Position numbers and translations under genes: made by a program
Shown here: piece after piece, positions 37,331 to 48,533 of the stretch
How positions within the stretch are numbered: the stretch's first letter is position 1
How the letters are laid out: every line of letters begins with the position of its first letter
Notes under the pieces: model-generated
Databases searched by the model: none
Seen by the model: the letters and a program-made list of their open reading frames with translations, nothing else
What the model was told of the DNA's origin: nothing
Assembly: GCF_046119375.1 (NCBI RefSeq)
Contig: NW_027362763.1
Location: 724,656,001-724,720,000, forward strand
DNA length: 64,000 nt
Direction of reading: 5' to 3'
From: Phyllobates terribilis
Lineage: Eukaryota

Positions 37331-37949
37331 AGCCCCAGTCTCACATAACGAGATCGCTAGCGAGATCGCTGCTGAGTCACGGTTTTGGTGACGCAACAGC
37401 GACCTCACCAGCGATGTCGCTATGTGTGACACTTTGCAGCGATCAGGCCCCTGCTGTGAGGTCGCTGATCGCTGCAAAGTGTCCTGGACCATTTTTTGGT
37501 CCTTGCCCTCCCGCTGGTCAGCACACATCGCTGTGTGTGACAAGCGATCAGGCTGGTAACCATGATAAACAGCGGGTTACTAGGGGCACACGCGCACTTA
37601 GTAACCCGCTGTTTATCATGGTTACCACTCTGCTACGGTTAGCGGTAGCCTCCAGCTCACCATAGCAGAGTGGTAACCATGATAAACAGCGGGTTACTAA
37701 GTGCGCGTGTGCCTCTAGTAACCCGCTGTTTATCATGGTTACCAACCTGCTCCTGCTTTAGCAGCAGGCTGGTAACCAGGAGCAGGACATCGTGGAAAGA
37801 TTCTTTCCACGATGTCGCTACTCCCCTGATCGCTGGTGAGCCTGCCTGTTTGACAGCTCACCAGCGATCACTTAGCGACGCACCAGCGATACCAGCCAGG
37901 TCACATCGTTGTCGGGATCGCTGGTGCGTCGTTATGTGATACGGTACCA
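37331..37949. mobile_element. Harbinger-type fold-back element with nested hairpins
   Basis: TTA|AGCCCCAGTCTCACATAACG ... CGTTATGTGATACGGTACCA|TTA; two internal ~28-bp-stem palindromes at ~37554-37626 and ~37672-37744. Confidence 0.7.
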
Positions 37950-38120
37950 TTAGTTTCTCTTTTCAAGATTTTCCATAGATTGAGTCTGATATTACAACTC
38001 CTTCCCAATATGCTGCAATACCATTCACAGCCAAAAGGGGTGCTGTTGCTAGAAGAAAAAAAATACATACACCTTTGTTTCTAATCTCAGACAACCCCTT
38101 TAGAGATAAAACTTTAATAC

Positions 38121-38348
38121 CTTGTGTGTTAATGAGCTTCTTTTGGTTGAAGGATTTGGTTTCAGGGTCAGTAGTAATAAAACATTGACAGTAATGACAC
38201 AAACGGAGCAGATGCAAAGCCAAGTGAGGTGCGTTCCCAAAAGTGAGAATTCATCTAGGAGGAGTGGCGGGACACAAAGAGAGAGGAGAACGGCCAATCC
38301 ACACAGGACGTGTCCTACTGAGAGTCTCCTGATCTCCGTTTCATCCAT
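38121..38348 (-). CDS. PIGF: PIGF first coding exon (exon starts 38352)
   Basis: TAG|GATC ATG MDETEIRRL...THLTWLCICS...KRSSLTHK|GTATT; 228 bp; five exons sum to 660 nt = 219 aa + stop. Confidence 0.97.
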
Positions 38349-38394
38349 GATCCTACAGTAAAAAAATAAAAATAAATAAAATTTTATATATATA

Positions 38395-40023
38395 CAGTAC
38401 AGACCAAAAGTTTGGACACACCTTCTCATTTAAAGATTTTTCTGTATTTTCATGACTTTGAAAATTGTACATTCACACTGAAGGCATCAAAACTATGAAT
38501 TAACACATGTGGAATTATATACTGAGCATAAAAGTGTGAAACAACTGAAAATATGTCTTATATTCTAGGTTCTTCAAAGTAGCCACCTTTTGCTTTGATG
38601 ACTGCTTTGCACACTCTTGGCATTCTTTTGATGAGCTTCAAGAGGTAGTCACCGGAAATGGTCTTCCAACAATCTTGAAGGAGTTCCCAGAGATGCTTAG
38701 CACTTGTTGGCCCTTTTGCCTTCACTCTGCGGTCCAGCTCACCCCAAACCATCTCGATTGGGTTCAGGTCTGGTGACTGTGGAGGCCAGGTCATTTGGCG
38801 TAGCACCCCATCACTCTCCTTCTTGGCCAAATAGCCCTAACACAGCCTGGAGGTGTGTTTGGGGTCATTGTCCTGTTGAAAAATAAATTATGGTCCAACT
38901 AAACGCAAACCGGATGAAATAGCATGCCGCTGCAAGATGCTGTGGTAGCCATGCTGGTTCAGTATGCCTTCAATTTTGAATAAATCCCCAACAGTGTCAC
39001 CAGCCAAGCACCCCCACACCATCACACCTCCTCCTCCATGCTTCACGGTGGAAACCAGGCATGTAGAGTCTATCCGTTCACCTTTTTGCGTCGCACAAAG
39101 ACACGGTGGTTGGAACCAAAGATCTCAAATTTGGACTCATCAGACAAAAGCACAGATTTCCACTGGTCTAATGTCCATTCCTTGTGTTCTTTAGCCCAAA
39201 CAAGTCTCTTCTGCTTGTTGCCTGTCCTTAGCAGTGGTTTCCTAGCAGCTATTTTACCATGAATGCCTGCTGCACAAAGTCTCCTCTTAACAGTTGTTGA
39301 AGAGATGTGTCTGCTGCTAGAACTCTGTGTGGCATGGACCTGGTCTCTAATCTGAGATGCTGTTAACCTGTGATTTCTGAGGCTGGTGACTCGGATAAAC
39401 TTATCCTCAGAAGCAGAGGTGACTCTTGGTCTTCCCTTCCTGGGGCGGTCCTCATGTGAGCCAGTTTCTTTGTAGCGCTTGATGGTTTATGCAACTGCAC
39501 TTGGGGACACATTCAAAGTTTACCCAATTTTTCGGACTGACTGACCTTCATTTCTTAAAGTAATGATGGCCACTCGTTTTTCTTTACTTAGCTGTTTTTT
39601 TCTTGCCATAATACAAATTCTAACAGTCTATTCAGTAGGACTATCAGCTGTCTATCCACCTGACTTCTGCACAACACAACTGATGGTCCCAACCCCATTT
39701 ATAAGGCAAGAAATCCCACTTATTAAACCTGACAGGGCACACCTGTGAAGTGAAAACCATTTCCGGTGACTACCTCTTGAAGCTCATCAAGAGAATGCCA
39801 AGAGTGTGCAAAGCAGTCATCAAAGCAAAAGGTGGCTACTTTGAAGAACCTAGAATATAAGACATATTTTCAGTTGTTTCACACTTTTTTGTTAAGTATA
39901 TAATGCCACATGTGTTAATTCATAGTTTTGATGCCTTCAGTGTGAATGTACAATTTTCAAAGTCATGAAAATACAGAAAAATCTTTAAATGAGAAGGTGT
40001 GTCCAACCTTTTGGTCTGTACTG
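38395..40023 (-). mobile_element. Tc1-family DD38E (Intruder-type) transposon, ~270-bp TIRs
   Basis: TA|CAGTACAGACCAAAAG ... CTTTTGGTCTGTACTG; 38395-38660 inverted at ~39750-40023. Confidence 0.9.
38558..39609 (-). pseudogene. DD38E transposase pseudogene
   Basis: MARKKQLSKEKRVAII... [41 protein letters not shown]: 38 residues between second D and E; several stops. Confidence 0.88.
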
Positions 40024-41100
40024 ATATATATATATATATGGTAAAAAGGCAAACGACATTAAGGTCACAGATTTTACACAATTTGTAAAAATCACTTGGC
40101 CGTCTGGTGTGATTTTCCCCTGCACCGCAGATGTCATACATGCACTGGAAGGGGGCAGTGTCTGAGTCTTTACTGTACGAGCAGAGAGACTGTGTCCGCT
40201 ACAATATGTTGTGATGGATGATTCACTAAACAAGTTAAAGGAGATTCTGTGACTCCTCAGCTGTGATTAGCAGCAGCCACATAAAAACTTATTTTTTAGG
40301 ATAAGACAGGAACATAAAATACACATGGAAGCGGTAAATCCAATTTCCCAGGCAGCATAGAGCAGTAGTGGCCGTTTAGCGGGGTAAAAGGTCCCCGACA
40401 GGTTCCTTATAAAGAGTCATCCAATGTAACATATAGGACCCGATTCATTATTGCATGTACTCCTTTGTTTGTCTAGTTTTCGGTGCTTTTCGCAGATTTT
40501 CATTTGTACCTATTTTCTATTTGTACGCCTGTTTTTTTTTTTGTTGTTGTTTGTTTTTTATCTTAGCCATTGTGGGCAGGGTTTGGGACTTCCAGATGTT
40601 TTATGACTGATTCGCCAATTGTGATTTTTTTAAAAAAAAGTTGCTACATTTTTGGGGCAAATGTCCTCCAGTCACCCTTACTGGAGTGAGCTCACGTTTT
40701 TCCGAAATTTCTGTGCAAATTGCTACGAAGTAACAAAAAAAAAAGTTAAGAATAAATATAAAGATCATTTTTGGTTTTGCAAAAAATTCATGGGTCCGTG
40801 TGCACCATTTTGAAAAATTTGGTACAAAACAAAAATGCAAACCAATATCACAAAATAAAATAAACAAAAGTGATGAAAAGGATGAATCGCGGGCCATAGC
40901 GTCATCCCATGATATATGTCTCTGACCAGGCCGTGTGACAACCAATATGGCTTCTGTTACATCTTACGCATGCGTTGTCCTCATCCCGCCATGTTCTATC
41001 TGTATAAACACTGCACGGTCTGGGAGATTACGTTTCCGCGCCTCAAAGTATGGGTAACCACCCCTCTGCGCAGTCTGGGAAATTACCCCCTCCCCCCCGA

Positions 41101-41260
41101 ACTGCACGGTCTGGGAGACGACGACGACGAGCATGTGCGGTCTGGGAGACGACGACGACGAGCATGCGCGGTCTGGGAGACGACGACGACGAGCAAGCGC
41201 GGTCAGGGAGACTACTACGATCATGCGCGGTCTGGGAGACGACGACGACGCGATGCACCA
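41101..41260. repeat. CpG-rich 31-bp minisatellite (~5 units) in PIGF intron 1
   Basis: GGTCTGGGAGACGACGACGACGAGCATG(T/C)GC starting 41108, 41139, 41170, 41201, 41229; flanked by a direct repeat ACCACCCCTC(T/C)GCGCAGTCTGGGA at ~41058 and ~41270. Confidence 0.9.
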
Positions 41261-41575
41261 TCTTGGTGACCACCCCTCCGCGCAGTCTGGGAGACCACCG
41301 TGCAGGTGGCCATATTGGCTTACTTCTATGTAACAGACATTACTAGGTGTAAGTACACAGTGTACACGCCTATACACTCGCACATTAGGTCTGAGGCTCA
41401 GTCTGTGCTACGTGCACGTCAGTGGCATCTATCACTGCCCTCAGAGGGCTCCGCCACACTGTATGAGGCAGTAGTACTATATACACAGCACAAGACCTGA
41501 TGTATCCCCAGCTCACAGCTCGGCGCCAGACACCAGGGAAGGTCACCAGGACTGAGAGCAGCGCTCACCACTCAC

Positions 41576-41640
41576 CTGCCGCTCACCACTCCTCCTCCCA
41601 ACACCTGAGCTTGGATCCGCCCACAGCCAGCGAGGACGGG
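41576..41640 (-). other. PIGF: Probable PIGF non-coding exon 1 (TSS approximate)
   Basis: Consensus donor CAG|GTGAGT at 41576/41575 on minus strand in GC-rich DNA just upstream of CRIPT; coding exon 2 has only 4 nt of UTR, so an upstream exon is required. Confidence 0.6.
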
Positions 41641-41756
41641 TAAGCCAATCCGAGCGAGAGCGCGGTAACACGTGATCCACCGGAAGTGGCGACACCGGAA
41701 GTGTCCTGTTGTTTACAGTTCTCCGCTGCCTGGAGAAGAGGGGAAGTCGGGCAAAG
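41640..41756. promoter_or_regulatory. Bidirectional PIGF/CRIPT promoter core
   Basis: CpG-rich; CCAAT 41645-41649, E-box CACGTG 41669-41674, two ACCGGAAGTG ETS/GABP sites (41679-41688, 41694-41703). Confidence 0.8.
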
Positions 41757-41772
41757 ATGGTGTGCGACAAAT
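41757..41772 (+). CDS. CRIPT: CRIPT exon 1 coding part
   Basis: AAGATGG Kozak; ATG GTG TGC GAC AAA T|GTAAGT (MVCDK-C). Confidence 0.93.
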
Positions 41773-42189
41773 GTAAGTGTCACCTGACAGATGGTTTGAT
41801 GTGACCGGGCTCCTCCAGGGTCACTACGAACTACAACTCCCCGCATTCCTTATGACTCACAGTGAGTCAGATCATGTTGAGAGTTGTAGTGTTCATCATT
41901 TTCTCAGAAAAGAGATCTTTTTATACTGCAGTATTTGTGGCGTAGACTCCAGCATCGATGTGATCGTGGCCCTATGACAGCTCTGACGATCTGGGTCACA
42001 TTCCCAGTTTTGGGTAATGTTCCCTTCTGTGTCGGAGGCGTCGTCACAAATTGTGGCACGTTTCATTGTGAAAATAACGCTAATCTACATCAGTGGGGTC
42101 AGCTGCCTCTTTTTTTATTAAATGAGTTGATTGGTCTCTGATGTCAGATGTCAGAGCACACGTGTCAAACACCGGCCTGTGGGCCAAAT

Positions 42190-42700
42190 GTGGGGCCCAT
42201 TTATTCTGTATGGAGGGCTATGTGGGGCCATTATTCTGTATGGAGGACTATGTGGGGCCCATTATTCTGTATGGAGGACTATGTGGGGCCCATTATTCTG
42301 TATGGAGGACTATGTGGGGCCATTATTCTGTATGGAGGACTATGTGGGGCCCATTATTCTGTATGGAGGACTATGTGGGGCCCATTTATTCTGTATGGAG
42401 GACTATGTGGGGCCCATTATTCTGGATGGAGGACTATGTGGGGCCCATTATTCTGGATGGAGGACTATGTGGGGCCCATTATTCTGGATGGAGGACTATG
42501 TGGGGCCCATTATTCTGGATGGAGGACTATGTGGGGCCCATTATTCTGGATGGAGGACTATGTGGGGCCCATTATTCTGGATGGAGGACTATGTGGGGCC
42601 CATTATTCTGGATGGAGGACTATGTGGGGCCCATTATTCTGGATGGAGGACTATGTGGGGCCCATTATTCTGGATGGAGGACTATGTGGGGCCCATTACG
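42190..42700. repeat. 30/31-bp minisatellite (16 units)
   Basis: TGTGGGGCCCATTATTCTG(T/G)ATGGAGGACTA; follows a hAT-like end GTGTCAAAC..GGCC; copy at ~52547-53055. Confidence 0.95.
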
Positions 42701-42992
42701 CTGTATACTGTTTGGCCTCCCTGGGTTAGAGGGAACCTGTCGCCTCTCCTGACATTTTAGTAAATACTTGTTCTCCTTCTAATAGAACGATTCTGAAGCT
42801 TCTTTTCTGAGAACTCCACATTGTTCTGCTCCTCTCTTACTCATTCGGGAAATTTGTACATACATGGGCAAATGGGTGGTCCGGGTATGGATGAAGGACC
42901 CTACACCGTCTTCATGTGCACTACATGTCTCTGATAGGAGGGGTAACGCCCAGTTGCCAATGGATTAATATATTTCTTGGAGGTGTAACAGA

Positions 42993-44269
42993 GTGTGGAG
43001 TCGGTAAGCCAAACCCCTGACTTCTCAGTTTCCCTGACTTCCGACTCCCAACTCCACAGCCCTGCTTCACTACTGAGCGTGGACATAAAGTGCAGCACAG
43101 ATTCATCTCAACTAAAAGCAGAGACCCTTATATCAGGAACAGAACAGACATTTATAGGTCATTTCATAACTTTCCCAAATTCTTCTGAAAACATTTACAG
43201 CACATCTTGCATTGTACTACTGTACCCCATTTATTATATAGTTTCGGAGTCTGGCTATTTTAGGCCTCTTTCACATGTCCGTGTCTTCAGTACGCGTGGT
43301 GACAGTTTTCACACGTAGAGGCAGTCAAATGAATGGGTCTGCGCACACGTCAGTGTGTTTCCACGGACCGTTTCCACGACATACTGACATGACCATTTTT
43401 TTCACGCTGCACGGGTTGTAAAGCATCCACATAGATGACATCCGTGTGACACGTACCGGCGCCTGGGAATCAGCAGTACATTTAGTGCTGTTCCCAGACA
43501 CCGGGTGCTGATGGCATCTGTCATCATTGTACCCTGCTGTCGCTGTGAACAGCACCAGCAGGGGACAATGTTGACAGTTGTATTGTGCCTCCGCTGTGTC
43601 CAGCAAGTTTAAAAATAAGACTAAAATAAAAAAACACTTATACTCGCCTGTCCAAAACACTGTCCCATCCTGTAATCCATCTGACCGACAATTCTGTATC
43701 AGCGTCTGCAGTGGCTTGATTCGACTGCAAATGCTGAGGAGCAGAGGAGAATGCCACTGCGCTGAGCTCACTGAGCGATGTCCTGTCACTCACTGAGCTC
43801 AGCGCAGGTCAGGTACCCGCTCGCTGCAGCGAGTCATTCTCCTCTGCTCCTCAGCGTGTGCGGTCGCATCAAGCCTCTGCAGACACTGATGCATAATTGC
43901 CGGTCAGATGGATTACGGCATGAGACAGTATATCGGACAGGAGAGTATGTGTTTTTTTATTTTTACAGTTGCTGGACACAGTGGGGGCAGAATACAACTG
44001 TCAACATTGTCCACTGCTGGTGCTGATTGCAGCGCAAGCAGGGGACAGATGAGAGATGCCTCCGTCACCTGGGAACAGCGCTGCCTATGCCGCTGATTCC
44101 CTGGCGCCGGTACGTTGATCCTGATGCGGCACATGGTTGCCACACAGGTGGACACTTATATCTCCTGTACTGTTTTTTCCAGTACCGGAAATATCAGGAC
44201 GCTTGAAACAGACCTTATACTGACTCCGAATCCACCAAAATGTACATCAACTCTGACTCCACAGCCCTG
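42993..44269. mobile_element. hAT-type CAGGGCTGTGGAGTC MITE, interrupted
   Basis: 8-bp TSD GTAACAGA (42985-42992, 44270-44277); homologous to 48715-49039; split by insertion at 43263. Confidence 0.7.
43263..44214. mobile_element. Harbinger-type non-autonomous element (952 bp) with ~200-bp internal inverted repeat
   Basis: TTA|GGCCTCTTTCA ... TGAAACAGACC|TTA; ~43553-43760 inverted at ~43820-44027. Confidence 0.75.
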
Positions 44270-45385
44270 GTAACAGAGGAGCAGCACTATGCAGTGTTGT
44301 GAGAACTGATGCTCCAGAATTGTTATATTACAGGGAATTAACTCTTTACTAAAGCCCCCATACACCTTATATACCTGTCAGACGATCATTGGTTTGACCG
44401 ATCATTCATCTGGCAGCTGTCTCAGCTGTCTCTCCCAAACTCGGGAGCAAGCGGTCCTGTGTTCTGTGTGAGACATCTCTGTCGGTGGCTTACCTCGAGA
44501 ACCAAAATCTCTGTAGTTTGAAATCAGACATGTTGGATCTTTATGTCTCCCGTCATCCTCTGTCAGGGGCCCCCATGCACATTAGACTGTCGGCCGAACC
44601 TGTCGATATTGGCAGTTTCGGACAACGTTAGTGTATGGGGGGCTGAACGCATGTCAGGAAATGTGAAATATCCTCTTTAATGAAGCTTTCTTTTGTTACT
44701 GATTTAACCTGATAACGACCAATTGGCGTAAATTTGCGGCTTACTTGGCTTTAGTCTCATTAGCCATGTGGGTGAAAAAAAAAGTTATGACTGTTGAAAA
44801 GTGGTGAAGCAGAAATGGTAAAAGAAAATAAAACGGTCTGGTTATTTCGCCCCTTTCAGGCCGCCTGCTCATTAAGGGGTTAATTAGGGAAAAATGATGA
44901 TTAATGAGGACATGAATTTATAGTATTAAATATGACAATAAATAGAGTAACATTTCCATAATCTGCCATTGTGTGACTGAAAACCTGCCATCCTGTATGT
45001 ACAGTGTGTACTGGAGCTCACACATAGTCATATCAATTGTCTGCCAGTACCTTGTTTCCTCACCCATTTTACTTAAATCCTCTGCATCATAACATATTGT
45101 GGACTTTTTATAACTGATTTCATCAAGACTGGCGACGTTCTTGTCAGTCTTACAGGAAACGTGCTGGAGTCGGAGGCGCCAGATTCATTAAGAGGAGCGT
45201 CTGACAAGTGATGTGCGCCTCCATCCACCTCACTGCAAATCTTACTCCAATCAGGTACCGGAGTAAGATTTCTGACTTAAGGTCTCTTACAGCTCGTCAT
45301 GAATTGGACTGATTGTTCTTTCACCCGTTTCTCATGTTGGTGGTTATTATCACAATGATTTACTGATGTGATGTCTGTTTTACAG

Positions 45386-45451
45386 GTGAGAAGAAGCTGG
45401 GCACAGTAATCACCCCCGACACATGGAAGGCAGGGGCCAGGAATACCACTG
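45386..45451 (+). CDS. CRIPT: CRIPT exon 2
   Basis: CAG|gt EKKLGTVITPDTWKAGARNTT g|GTAAAT; 66 bp. Confidence 0.96.
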
Positions 45452-46084
45452 GTAAATCACTTATGACATTTCATCTCACAGAGTGTCTTGTGTGTCCTTT
45501 TCTTACTTTGTGGACATTTTTTTTGTGTGTTTGAAGTGTGCCAACATCTAACAGTCTGAGAAATAGTAAGCGTAGGGAGTAGATGACACCTCTGCCACCA
45601 TCTTCCCATCCTTTATAGTGTCTTGTCTGTTCTCTCCTTCAAGCAGGGATATTTCAGGGCGTCAGAGCTGCTCCTCTACCATTTATTTAATTTAGTTTCT
45701 TAAATGAAACCGGTCACCGGGATTTACCTCTATCAGGTCACTTGTTGACTAGATGGGCGCGGCCTTGCTCAATGCAAGTGAATTGAGCGAGGCCAAATGC
45801 TGCCGAAGTATGCAAATCGTATACCAGCAATCATATGACCACCCGCTCCCAGCACTGGAGAATCCTGACAGCACGCAGTGTGTGTGATGTGAGGATTCAC
45901 CAGTCTGCAGACAGAGTTTCACTGCAGACTTGTAGACTAAGACCAGACAACCCCTTTAAACTCTGACTGTGAGTATTTAAAAATTAAGTTAAAAACGTCA
46001 CTCCCCGCAGTCACCTGATTAGTCTAGGATCGCTGTCAATCAGTTCCACAGCGCAGACACTATGGGTCTCGGAAAATGGCGACT

Positions 46085-46397
46085 TTTTTTTTTTTGCCAC
46101 TTAAATAAAATAAGAACCTATACATGTGTGGTGTCTACGAACTCGTAATGACCTGGAGAATCATAATAGCAAGTCAGTTTTAGCATTTATTGAATACAGT
46201 AAAAAAAGCAAACAATTGTAGAATTGCACTTTTCCAGTACACGACATGGTAAAACCAATGGTGCCATTCAAAAGTAAAACTCGTCTCGCAAAAAAAAAAA
46301 GCTATCACATGGCCATATTGACGGAAAAATAAAAAAGTTATGGCTCTGGGAAGAAGGGGAGCAAAAAAACGGAAAATCCTAAGGTTGCCAAGGGGTT
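46085..46397. mobile_element. Right end of a TTAA/piggyBac-like non-autonomous element
   Basis: Ends ...CCAAGGGG-TTAA; related end at ~44883 and a matching left end TTAA-CCCCTTAATGACC at 49233. Confidence 0.45.
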
Positions 46398-47855
46398 AAT
46401 GGTACCAGTGAACATAAATTCCCTTAAAAACTGATTTTATTATTTTGATTACAATACACCAACACTAAACCCTGTGTACAATTATTAAAAAAAGGTAGTT
46501 TTAAGAGACTAATCACAGCCAGGAAGGACCTATATATGACTCTAGTCTTCACCTACTGCTGTTCCTACCCACCGGCAGAGATTGGCACCCTAAGATACGA
46601 GAACTGTGCGCCCGCTCAACGGCGGCTTTCCCTAATGTCCCTGGTACAGTCCTATTTCTAATACAACCCTGCAGTAGAATGAAGACAGAAAAGGTATACA
46701 GGCATCATAGAAGTCTGTATCTGTGTTGTAATGAATTGACATAGTCCGATTCACACTTTTTGACATATGGTACCAGGACACCATAGCCATGTAGGTACAC
46801 GATGATACTAAGACGTGCCTTGTTGACATTCATACTAGAACACTTTCCTTTAAGTTTCCCTCTCATTTTGAAAGCCTAAACATAGCATATGCTATTCTTT
46901 CCTGTAGCAGAAAAAAAAAGTAAAACCTGTAGGATAACTCTGGGATCTTTTCACATTTGTGCAGTCCTAACTCCAGTAGTAAAGGAGGATCAACTGTATG
47001 TGAAGTATTCTTCTTCTTTATAGGCATAGTGTACTGGTACATAGAAATCAGATATTGCTATATACCTGTACATTTCTTTACCTGCATATTGGGGGCAAAA
47101 TAAAAGTCGGAGTTTGTTTTTGACATTTTTTAATGTACACTTTCTAAAAATGAATGTCACAAACCAGTAAATAACATGGACATATTTGGTGATTGGTAAA
47201 TGGCAGAAATAATGGCGCAATTTTTTTTTTTATTTACAACTTTTTTTATAGGTAAAAAAATAAATAACACAGATGTAATAACACTTACATATGTATTTGG
47301 CAAAATGGTATTTAAAAAAAACGACAGGTCGTCCCTCTAAAGAAATAAACTTCAGAAAGCAAAGCTTTTGTAAAAATAAAAAAAAGTTATGGCTGTTACA
47401 GCTATGAATAAATGGAAAAAAAAAAATAGTCTGGACATCTGAGTACGTGCATCACAAAAATGTCATTCTGTATATTTTCTATATGCTTGTGTGTATGTGT
47501 GTGCTATGTATATCTGTGTAATGTGTAAATGCATGTAATGTGTTAGCAGGTGTATAATTTATATATGTCTGCCTAATATAAACCTGCATGTCAATGTGTA
47601 TACGTTTTCCTATCTGTCCCTGGTACCCACTTACGCTGGTAGGTTAGTATGGAGGCTGAAAACAATAAGCGTGTATGCAAAATATCGCTCCCTCAGTTTT
47701 GCCTATGGTGTAATGCTCCATATTAAGACCTTATCAGGCTTCAGATACATAATGAATGTAGTCAGGATTTTTTGTGATTTCTTTGCTTTGTTTTTTTTTT
47801 TTTTTAAAGGACGTTTGAAAACTATAATTAATTTACTTTATCAATTAACTTGCAG

Positions 47856-47910
47856 AAAGCGGCGGCCGAAAACTGAATGAAAACAAAGCCCTGACATCAA
47901 AGAGGGCGAG
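47856..47910 (+). CDS. CRIPT: CRIPT exon 3
   Basis: CAG|aa SGGRKLNENKALTSKRA ag|GTTAGT; 55 bp. Confidence 0.96.
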
Positions 47911-48533
47911 GTTAGTGCCTGCGGAAGCGGTTACCATTGTGTCCATGTCCTCTCCCTATATTCTCCCGGGATACTGCGCTGTACTTGGTCGTTTGCTTTC
48001 TTGTTGTGTCTGGATGGCGGCTTACACATTGTTATATTATCTTGGCTCCTGATCTACAGATGTTGTTCTATGAGCTATTCTCATACCTGCAGCTCCCATA
48101 CACTTTACCCACCATGCACTACAGTTATTTAGGGAAAAGTTGGACCTCACTCATTTTCAATTAATGCCGAACAACCAATTTTACTTTTATCATTTAATCA
48201 TTTTAATTACAATCATTTTGTTACGGGAAAAGAAATTCAGAACTCGTGCAAAAATAGATTTGTCCTATGGCACCAAATGGACCACATTAACTATAATGGT
48301 GTCGCATTGGTCTCTGTTTGGGCGGATGTTATTTTAACAGAAAAAAATTGCCAGTTTGCTGCAATTTTTAGTTGCATTATAGTGCTAATACCAGTGATTG
48401 TCTGCAGTGGTCACACGGGGGAGCTGGGTACGTCATTGCTGCAGTCAGATTTATGGTTACTGAGTTGCGGCAGTGAAAATGTTGCATATCTTTTCACTAT
48501 GCAGTGAGGAAGCTTTCCATCTGCAAAACCTCA

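Noticed and set aside
41043-41346. ORFs with GDDDDE / GRRRRR repeats
   Set aside because: Translations of the CpG-rich VNTR.
42131-42760. Three overlapping ~200-aa ORFs (GPIILYGGLCGAHY.. repeats), also at 52488-53114
   Set aside because: Stop-free by virtue of a 31-bp minisatellite; open in all three frames, no splice or domain support.
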